NCBI GenBank assembly: GCA_031286165.1
Contig: JAITUU010000019.1
Location: forward strand, 6,730-70,729
Direction of reading: 5' to 3'
DNA: 64,000 nucleotides
From: Bacteroidales bacterium
GTDB lineage: Bacteria; Bacteroidota; Bacteroidia; Bacteroidales; UBA1715
In this document: positions 40,435-46,916 of the stretch, one piece after another
Layout of the letters: the number at the start of each line of letters is the position of its first letter
Position numbering within the stretch: position 1 is the first letter of the stretch
Translations under genes and position numbers: made by a program
The notes under the pieces: model-generated
The model's database searches: none
What the model saw: only the letters and a program-made list of their open reading frames with translations
Told to the model about the DNA's origin: nothing

Positions 40435-40875
40435 TTACTTTTTACAAATTCGTATAATAGCAAACGTTGTGATAGAAACTATGACAATGGCTACAAAACC
40501 CAAAATGATAGTTTTCTTCTGTTTTGCCTCTTTTTCATCAGCCTCGGCGGCTGCTTGGCGTGCTTTTTCCTCCACTTCTTTTTTTGCTTCGGGAGTTATG
40601 CCGTTTTCTATGCCAAACAAATCGAAGGCAGTATCTACGATTGAACGCAAATCTTCTCCACTAAACGCAGCAATCTTTGGTGCCGACTGTATCAACATTC
40701 TGTTCAATTCGTTGCTGAACTGTTTGCCGTGTTTCACGTATGCGCGGCGCAATTCGTTTTCAAGGTTCACATCATTGGGGCGCAACCCATAGCGATTGAA
40801 AAAGAAAAGCCAACTCTTCGGGTCGGCTTTTCTCATTTCGTCAATCAACACATCTATTGATGCCGTTTTTTTCAT
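40435..40875 (-). CDS. Tail-anchored membrane protein, putative virion protein
   Basis: Helical N-domain, AAFSG, C-terminal TM IILGFVAIVIVSITTFAII + RICKK. Confidence 0.65.
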   Translation of the reverse strand: MKKTASIDVLIDEMRKADPKSWLFFFNRYGLRPNDVNLENELRRAYVKHGKQFSNELNRMLIQSAPKIAAFSGEDLRSIVDTAFDLFGIENGITPEAKKEVEEKARQAAAEADEKEAKQKKTIILGFVAIVIVSITTFAIIRICKK

Positions 40876-40881
40876 AGTTAC

Positions 40882-41550
40882 TTAAATTAAGCCGGTTGCT
40901 ATTGCATTTTCCAACTGTGTTACTTGGCTCATGCGGTCATCGAAGTAAAATACCAAACTCACTTTTGCGCCCGCTTGCACTTTGTACAAAAACACACGGT
41001 CTTTGCCCAATACAAGGGTATCGTTTGAAAAATCTACCGATACACGAGTTTGATCGTTTTCCGTTTCCGATTTTGATGCGCTTGGTGTGCGTGTAATAAT
41101 TTGTTTTGGGCGGTGTGGACCAAGTTCGTACACTTGAAGAGCCTCATCGAGTTGGTCGGTTTTTTTACACATCACTCGCACACCTTTAATACGGCATGGA
41201 GTTTCGATAAAGGTTTTGCGAATATCAATCACATTGGCACCTTGTCCGCTTGCTGTTACGGCAGTAGAAGTAGAGGTTGCTGAAATAAATATACCATCGT
41301 CCACAATGCCGGTAACTTTTTCGGAAAAGTCCTTCATTTGCGATGCTTTTTCGTAGTATCCTTCACTGATTGCCACGAATTGGTCCACCGGTGCTTTTCC
41401 ATCGGATGCCGGAGCGGCATTATCTATTACTAAGGTTACGCTTTCTCCCGAAAAAGGATTTACATAACCATTTTGATTGCCGGCATAACCCTTAATTCCA
41501 AGTTGTCGGCGTGCTCGTTGTTGCGGAGTTTCATTTTCTAAAAATTCCAT
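40882..41550 (-). CDS. Candidate major capsid protein (beta-sandwich/jelly-roll type)
   Basis: Only sizeable soluble all-beta-looking protein at the head of the structural operon (SVTLVIDN, RIKGVRV, LQVYEL, VSVDF, VFLYKV, VSLVFYF); no HK97 motifs. Confidence 0.55.
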   Translation of the reverse strand: MEFLENETPQQRARRQLGIKGYAGNQNGYVNPFSGESVTLVIDNAAPASDGKAPVDQFVAISEGYYEKASQMKDFSEKVTGIVDDGIFISATSTSTAVTASGQGANVIDIRKTFIETPCRIKGVRVMCKKTDQLDEALQVYELGPHRPKQIITRTPSASKSETENDQTRVSVDFSNDTLVLGKDRVFLYKVQAGAKVSLVFYFDDRMSQVTQLENAIATGLI

Positions 41551-41582
41551 TACTATATATTTTTTTTTAAGTTATTACTTGA

Positions 41583-41765
41583 TTATTTTCCGGATAGTTT
41601 GTTGGCAAGCGTAAAAGGATTACCGGTAAAATTCGCTACGGTGCCGTTATTTTCGGCTGTTTTTTTCGCTACGGCATTCACCAATGCCATATTCCACACT
41701 GCGGAACCTACAATAAATACCACTAAAATAATAAGTAGTATGTTTGCTGTTTTGATAGAATTCAT
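41583..41765 (-). CDS. 60-aa signal-anchored membrane protein, first gene of the structural operon
   Basis: TM ILLIILVVFIVGSAVW; contains ANFTG. Confidence 0.65.
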   Translation of the reverse strand: MNSIKTANILLIILVVFIVGSAVWNMALVNAVAKKTAENNGTVANFTGNPFTLANKLSGK

Positions 41766-41827
41766 GTTTATTTGTTTTAACTGTTTACATTATTGAGTGC
41801 AAATATTATAACAAGTGATTGTGCCGA

Positions 41828-41888
41828 TACGGACTTTATCGGACTTTATCGGACTTTCAAGCACTTTATCGTGCTTTATCGGACTTTT
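41828..41888. repeat. 10-bp-period direct repeats (GGACTTTATC) upstream of the structural operon
   Basis: ggactttatc ggactttatc ggactttcaa gcactttatc gtgctttatc ggacttttt. Confidence 0.8.
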
Positions 41889-41951
41889 TGTGCATAAAAA
41901 AAGCCACCGTATGGGTGGCTCTTACTGCAAACTAAAAAACGGAACAAAGAT

Positions 41952-42233
41952 TTATTTTTTGAATAAGTCGGAATGAGTTCCGGTATGTGTAAGAACAATG
42001 TTTATTCGATTTTTTCCTGCGTTCCACACAAGCAACCAATCGGGTTGTAAATGTGCTTCCCACAAACCATTGTATTTTCCTTTCAATACGTGTGTTTTAT
42101 ATCTATCTACCGGCAGCGTGCCTGTGGCTTCCAATATTTTAACAGCAACATTTAACAATTCCATATTAAGACCTCGTTTTTGGGCTAATTTGGCTTGTTT
42201 TTTAAATTCGTGGGTGTAAGATATTGTGTACAT
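41952..42233 (-). CDS. yafQ: YafQ-family (RelE fold) mRNA interferase toxin
   Basis: FKKQAKL...HVLKGKYNGLWEAHLQPDWLLVW...TGTHSDLF. Confidence 0.9.
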   Translation of the reverse strand: MYTISYTHEFKKQAKLAQKRGLNMELLNVAVKILEATGTLPVDRYKTHVLKGKYNGLWEAHLQPDWLLVWNAGKNRINIVLTHTGTHSDLFKK

Positions 42234-42237
42234 ATAA

Positions 42238-42453
42238 CTAACTTAAAATTTCCTCTATCGGATTCTTTGTGTTTTTGAGAATATGTATTTTCCCTTCTCG
42301 TAAATCCTGCATTGATTTTTCAAAAGTAGCAGTTGTTTTCGCCGTTCTTTTGGGTAATGTTACACTCCATTTGAATTTTTTTGCCAATTCCGTAAGCAAA
42401 TCAAATTCATTCATGGGAATAGTAATAGTTACTTGTTGTACTGTTGTTGCCAT
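42238..42453 (-). CDS. Cognate antitoxin 1 (71 aa; start MATTVQQ)
   Basis: Directly upstream of the toxin; own TATATTTG -7 box; C-terminal FEKSMQDLREGKI. Confidence 0.8.
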   Translation of the reverse strand: MATTVQQVTITIPMNEFDLLTELAKKFKWSVTLPKRTAKTTATFEKSMQDLREGKIHILKNTKNPIEEILS

Positions 42454-42593
42454 AGCCGTAATAATTAGTTTCTTGTGCAAATATAGAAAATTATTTTTCA
42501 AAATCATTCTCTGTAATGCCATTCGGACTTTTTGTGCATAAAAAAAGCCACCGTATGGGTGGCTCTTACTGCAAACTAAAAAACGGAACACAG

Positions 42594-42872
42594 TTATTTA
42601 TCTAAATAATGTCCTTTCACGCTCAGAATATCAACTGTAATAGCATTATTGTTGATTGAATATACCATACGATTTTTACTATCTATTCTGCGCGACCAAT
42701 ATCCGGAAAGTTCGTGTTTTAATCTTTCCGGGTTCCCCGAACCTGTTTCGGGGTGTTCTTCGAGTTCATCAAGCAATTTTTTGATTTTTTTCAATCGTGG
42801 TTTATCTCCACTTTTCACAAGAAAATCTAATTGTTCTTCAGCCTTTTCCGATAAAAATATGGTGTATTTCAT
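42594..42872 (-). CDS. yoeB: Txe/YoeB-family toxin
   Basis: KIKKLLDELEEHPETGSGNPERLKHELSGYWSRRIDSKNRMVY...VKGHY. Confidence 0.92.
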   Translation of the reverse strand: MKYTIFLSEKAEEQLDFLVKSGDKPRLKKIKKLLDELEEHPETGSGNPERLKHELSGYWSRRIDSKNRMVYSINNNAITVDILSVKGHYLDK

Positions 42873-43093
42873 AATTCTCCGAAGTATTTATTTTTTACAG
42901 ACGAAGTTAATTGACGTTTGGGAGATTTTTCGGCATCTTGAATCATTTTCACAAATGACGCACTGTATTTTGTCGTTTGCGTTGTGCTTTTGGGTAATGT
43001 TACACTCCATTTGAATTTTTTTGCCAATTCCGTAAGCAAATCAAATTCATTCATGGGAATAGTAAGGGTTACTTGTTGTACTGTTGTTGCCAT
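42869..43093 (-). CDS. Cognate antitoxin 2 (74 aa; start MATTVQQ)
   Basis: First 35 aa match antitoxin 1 at 34 positions; different C-terminus (YSASFVKMIQDAEK); overlaps toxin start by 4 nt. Confidence 0.8.
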   Translation of the reverse strand: MATTVQQVTLTIPMNEFDLLTELAKKFKWSVTLPKSTTQTTKYSASFVKMIQDAEKSPKRQLTSSVKNKYFGEL

Positions 43094-43130
43094 AGCCGTA
43101 ATAATTAGTTTCTTGTGCAAATATAGAAAA

Positions 43131-43331
43131 TTATTTTTCAAAATCAGCCTCTGTAATGCCATAATGTGCGCACACGTGTTCGAGTGCTGCACCGTATAAG
43201 CGTTTGTGTGTCATACGATAGCCAAATTCCTGCACGCGGGTAAAGAGCGGCGGCGTGTGCAGTTCCTTTGTAAATACTTCGGTGCTTATGCCTATGGCGT
43301 AGGCAATTTCGTTTTTGTAGCGTGTTTTCAT
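43131..43331 (-). CDS. Small HTH-like protein (DUF4248-like), candidate regulator
   Basis: KNEIAYAIGISTEVF...GYRMTHKRL...VCAHYG pattern. Confidence 0.5.
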   Translation of the reverse strand: MKTRYKNEIAYAIGISTEVFTKELHTPPLFTRVQEFGYRMTHKRLYGAALEHVCAHYGITEADFEK

Positions 43332-43332
43332 G

Positions 43333-43890
43333 TTATTCTGTTGTAATGTGGATTTTTGCGTAGGGATTTTTGAGTGCTTGTGTGCGCACTGTATTCACTG
43401 CGGTTTCTAATTTTTGAAGTATGTGTGGCGGTATCCATGCTTTGCGCAGGCGCGGTTCGTCCATAGTATTGAACAATACATAATCGGTAATGTAAGTAAA
43501 TAATGCCGGTGGAATATCGCGGAAGCCATGAGCAACAAACACAATATCGAGCATCATCTTTCGGCTCACTATAATAATTTTTTTCAATGCCGAATGGTCG
43601 AAATTGCTACCAATGTAAGCGCGTGGGTCGTCGAGAACCAACACGGCATCGTGCAGGTGTTTATAAATTGCCACAAAATCGGTTTCATTTTCATATACCC
43701 GGCAGCGCACGCCGGTATAATCAAAATCTTTTCGCGCCCGGCACTTACATTCGGGAAGTTTATCCGCCCAATCGTCCCACGTGGGCACAACAAAAAGTGC
43801 ACGTTTGCCTATACAAGCAACTGCTTCGGCAAAGGTAGATTTTCCGCAACCACGCACGCCCAGCAATAGCATAATTTTAGTTTTTCGCAT
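43333..43890 (-). CDS. FtsK/HerA-superfamily (A32/P9-like) ATPase, putative genome packaging motor; start re-called at MRKTKI
   Basis: Walker A GVRGCGKST, Walker B VLVLDD, Arg-finger region SRKMMLDIVFVAH; 185 aa with no nuclease domain. Confidence 0.75.
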   Translation of the reverse strand: MRKTKIMLLLGVRGCGKSTFAEAVACIGKRALFVVPTWDDWADKLPECKCRARKDFDYTGVRCRVYENETDFVAIYKHLHDAVLVLDDPRAYIGSNFDHSALKKIIIVSRKMMLDIVFVAHGFRDIPPALFTYITDYVLFNTMDEPRLRKAWIPPHILQKLETAVNTVRTQALKNPYAKIHITTE

Positions 43891-44440
43891 TGGTTTCTTT
43901 CTCTTGTAATTGTTTTCGCAACGCATCTATTTCCATATCTTTTTGCATACCGCGCATTTGTTCTTCTTCCAATTTTCGTTGTGTTGCGCGGTATTTCACG
44001 GCAGTACTGATTTTTAAACCATAAATAAACACCGTAGAAATAGTGGCATTGACCCACGGCGGTACCGGTTTGTTTTCGGGCAACACTTGCGCCCATGCGT
44101 TGGTAAGTTCTTCGAGTTCTTCGGCATCGGCAGCCTCGTAGCCTTCGCGTATAATCATACCCATAATAAAGGTCATGAGCCGGTCGCCGTTTTTTACGAG
44201 TATTTGCGCGGTGGTTTTGTTTACCGCCGCATTAATTTTTTGGCGCACGGCAGTAGGCACATCGCTCAGTTCCTCGCCGCTGTCTTCGGGTTGGTTATAC
44301 ACTTGCTTTTCCTCTTGCAGGTCTTGCAGCAAAGTATCGGCTTCGGTGTAGTCGCTCACTGTGCCGGTTTCAAATGTGTATTCGGATTCCGCCGCCGGTG
44401 TATCTAATACTTCGGCTGGTACAAATTCTTCAAAATTCAT
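43877..44440 (-). CDS. Hypothetical protein with acidic N-terminus, hydrophobic segment and coiled coil (possible packaging accessory)
   Basis: PVPPWVNATISTVFIYGL hydrophobic helix; overlaps the ATPase start. Confidence 0.6.
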   Translation of the reverse strand: MNFEEFVPAEVLDTPAAESEYTFETGTVSDYTEADTLLQDLQEEKQVYNQPEDSGEELSDVPTAVRQKINAAVNKTTAQILVKNGDRLMTFIMGMIIREGYEAADAEELEELTNAWAQVLPENKPVPPWVNATISTVFIYGLKISTAVKYRATQRKLEEEQMRGMQKDMEIDALRKQLQEKETNAKN

Positions 44441-44442
44441 GA

Positions 44443-44736
44443 TTACAAAATAGATAGTAAGAATTGTTTAACAATATCGGCTGCTGGTTGCACATTTTCC
44501 ATGCGCAATATGGTTTTGTTTTCATCTAAAAACACCGTGCCTACATACATGGTATCTTTTACCGGAAACGCCATAAACGATACTGTATTTTTGCTTTCGG
44601 CTTGCATGGTTTTTATGCGTTCCAGCGCAAATGCTTCGAGAGAAGGTAGAAATTGCGGAAGAATTTCGCTTTCCAATAATTTTTTAATTTGCTTTTTTCC
44701 TGCACTTGATTTCAGGAGTGTTTCTAATCCAAACAT
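44443..44736 (-). CDS. Hypothetical protein
   Basis: Tightly spaced ORF in operon orientation. Confidence 0.65.
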   Translation of the reverse strand: MFGLETLLKSSAGKKQIKKLLESEILPQFLPSLEAFALERIKTMQAESKNTVSFMAFPVKDTMYVGTVFLDENKTILRMENVQPAADIVKQFLLSIL

Positions 44737-44737
44737 A

Positions 44738-45433
44738 TTACTCGTATTTTTTCATGATTATTTTGATTTCTTCATTTGTTACCATAGTAGGAAAACTACC
44801 GAAATGGTTACGTGTTTTGGTGTATTTTACAAACAAATCGGTAAGAAGCACGCTTGCGCTAAGGTCGGGTTTATTCAATTTTTCGCGCAGTCGAGCAATG
44901 GTTAAATCCATAATTTCGCGAGCCACATCGCCAAATTCCACCAAATATTTACCGCGTTCGGGCTGTGCACAGGCGAGTGTCATTTTGGTAAGTTTCTGCG
45001 CATTGGCATTTGCCATTTCCTGCACTTTTGCATTTTCTTCCATAAGTGCTGCTATTCGCACTATATCGGCACCGGCTTTTGCTTCGAGTTCTGACACCTG
45101 TGCACGCAAACTTTGTATTTCGGCATCGGCATTGTCGGCACCGCTTGCCGCTGCATCGACAAGGTTGGCATTTTCTACTTGCAGTTCTTGTACTTGATTT
45201 TCAAGCGATTGCAGTTTTTCGCACAATTCGCTCTCGGTACGCTGCGCTTGTTGCAATTCAAAATTCAAATTTATGTTTTCTTTGGCATTGCGCTGGTAGA
45301 AATCGCACAACAGTTCCACAATTTCTTTGGTGGTAAAGTCCGGATTGTCTTCGGCAATTTCATTGAAAGTTGTTTTTATTTCGGGAGTGAATCTACCGGA
45401 GTATTGGGTTTTGTCTTTAAATTTTTCGTCCAT
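44738..45433 (-). CDS. Coiled-coil hypothetical protein (possible RHH-like ends)
   Basis: Central heptad-rich segment; operon head. Confidence 0.65.
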   Translation of the reverse strand: MDEKFKDKTQYSGRFTPEIKTTFNEIAEDNPDFTTKEIVELLCDFYQRNAKENINLNFELQQAQRTESELCEKLQSLENQVQELQVENANLVDAAASGADNADAEIQSLRAQVSELEAKAGADIVRIAALMEENAKVQEMANANAQKLTKMTLACAQPERGKYLVEFGDVAREIMDLTIARLREKLNKPDLSASVLLTDLFVKYTKTRNHFGSFPTMVTNEEIKIIMKKYE

Positions 45434-45455
45434 AGTATTATTTTTTGAGTATTAT

Positions 45456-45486
45456 TTTGATTTACATACGTTTTGATATATATTTG
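45456..45486 (+). promoter_or_regulatory. Consensus Bacteroidota sigma-A promoter facing the 3' end of the BECR-like gene
   Basis: TTTG (45456-59), 19-nt spacer, TATATTTG (45479-86). Confidence 0.55.
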
Positions 45487-45576
45487 CCGTTATAAAATTG
45501 TTGGTCATACGCGCTCTCTTACAAAAGCCTTTTCAATATTATGTAAGCAGGTTAATTGAGGTTAGGGAAAAGGATA

Positions 45577-46020
45577 CTAACTGCCAACCTTGCACAAGTT
45601 GGACGATAACAATTTCTTTCTATACAGTCGCTTCGTTTCTATTGGAGTGGCTGTTTTTATTTGATATTTGTTCTTCTTGTCAAATGCAGTCAGTTGTATA
45701 GCGGCTTGTTTCGATTTTTTATCTTCCATAACAACCAATAAATATGAATTATCGGAACCTTGATATATCGCATTAAAATTATCAACAATGAATTTCACAA
45801 AATCAAAAGCACTTAACCCAAGTTGCGTAAGTTCCGTAGTGTGGTCATTATATATATGCACCAATTCGCGTTCTGAAACTACAATATCGCAGGCTTTGAG
45901 CACAGGTGTTGCCCACGAATTGTATTGTATGCGCCCAACTTTTAAAAATTTGTTATCGTTGTGAGCCTTTGCGCCGGAACCGGCATTGCTCTTTTGTGAT
46001 TGTTTGGTTTGTTGCAGCAT
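45577..46020 (-). CDS. Stand-alone BECR-fold (phage Barnase-EndoU-ColicinE5/D-RelE-like) nuclease candidate
   Basis: IVVSERELVHIYNDH (HIxxxH), IYQG, LLVV, YQIKTA pattern; own TATATTTG box at 46058-46065. Confidence 0.5.
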   Translation of the reverse strand: MLQQTKQSQKSNAGSGAKAHNDNKFLKVGRIQYNSWATPVLKACDIVVSERELVHIYNDHTTELTQLGLSAFDFVKFIVDNFNAIYQGSDNSYLLVVMEDKKSKQAAIQLTAFDKKNKYQIKTATPIETKRLYRKKLLSSNLCKVGS

Positions 46021-46140
46021 GACTAAAAACTATAGTGTATATATTTTTAGCCGTTCACAAATATAGAAATTTTTATTGAAAAACAAACGCTTGTTATAAA
46101 AAATATGCGTTTACAATGCTAACAACTGTAAATCAAATTG

Positions 46141-46518
46141 TTTACAACTTTGAAACCACTTGAAACCACTTTGTATTCAACCGATTTCACTTTGTATTCG
46201 CTTGAAACCGTTTTGTAAGCAGTTGTTTTTACACTGAAATCGGCGTGAAAACAGAAATAGTTTGACGGAATGTACGGACTTCTGTAATATGGTATTATTC
46301 AATATATTACATAAATTCTCGTTTTGACGGAGCAATATGATAATACCACATTCAATACACTGATTATAAAGAAATTACATTCCGTCAAAACAATTTTTTT
46401 GAGTTTTGACGGAAAAACCGTGTCCGTCAAAAACCGTCAAATAAAACTCAAAATTTTGACGGCTTGCAAATGATTGAAAATCATTGTTTTATATACTTAT
46501 TTTTTTCTCTCCGTCAAA
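46141..46518. repeat. Putative replication origin: eight TTTGACGG/CCGTCAAA octamers plus TGAAACC/TTGTATTC repeats
   Basis: Forward copies at 46261, 46323, 46405, 46455; reverse copies at 46382, 46424, 46434, 46511; AT-rich, gene-free. Confidence 0.7.
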
Positions 46519-46590
46519 ACCGTACAAAAGAATATATTATTTAAGAGTATATCATTTGAATTAAGCTGCGCGAGTGGTACAAAAAAGGTA

Positions 46591-46648
46591 AAAAAAAGCC
46601 CCCCGAAGGCAGTGTTTTGTGCAACTGTTTCGGAGGGCTTTTTTTTGA
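46591..46648. terminator. Bidirectional terminator-like hairpin 3' of the replication operon
   Basis: AAAAAAAGCCCCCCGAAGGCAG...CTGTTTCGGAGGGCTTTTTTT. Confidence 0.65.
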
Positions 46649-46664
46649 GTATTATAACAGACCG

Positions 46665-46916
46665 TTAGAGATTATTACAATGCTGCCGATACGTTTTGTA
46701 TTGGGCAAGGTAATCGTTCCACGAAAGCGTGGTGATGCGGCGCAAATTACCATGATGTATTTCAAATTGCCAGCCAAATTCCGCATGATTTTCGCGCAGA
46801 ATTGCAATAACAGTAGATTCAAATTGCACACTATCTTTTGCAATGCTGCCGATGCCGACACTCTGCCCGCTACTCATGTTACGCAAATATGCTTCAACTT
46901 TTCTTTTATACTCCAT
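46665..46916 (-). CDS. Small hypothetical protein coupled to the primase gene
   Basis: TAATG overlap with the primase stop. Confidence 0.6.
   Translation of the reverse strand: MEYKRKVEAYLRNMSSGQSVGIGSIAKDSVQFESTVIAILRENHAEFGWQFEIHHGNLRRITTLSWNDYLAQYKTYRQHCNNL

Larger units (their letters stand above)
41880..43162. repeat. Tandem ~640-bp TA-cassette duplication: block A (41880-41946 = 42524-42590) and block B (42347-42522 ~ 42987-43162)
   Basis: Block A is a 67-bp identical repeat containing the GCCACC-CATAC-GGTGGC-T7 terminator; block B is ~176 bp near-identical and covers promoter plus antitoxin 5' half. Confidence 0.9.

Noticed and set aside
41828-41888. Possible CRISPR array (also considered 46141-46518 and 54470-54850)
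   Set aside because: Repeats are 8-10 bp or coding, lack unique 25-45-bp spacers, and no cas genes are present.
42454-42591. ORF-track N-terminal extensions of the antitoxins (to 42591, 43192, 50859) and of obgE, dapA, the ATPase and the protease
   Set aside because: Extensions run through promoters, terminators or neighbouring genes; conserved internal ATGs fit better.
45498-45701. Plus-strand 67-aa ORF as antitoxin for the BECR-like gene
   Set aside because: TTG start, no motif, and mostly antisense overlap with the nuclease gene; a non-coding transcript is more plausible.
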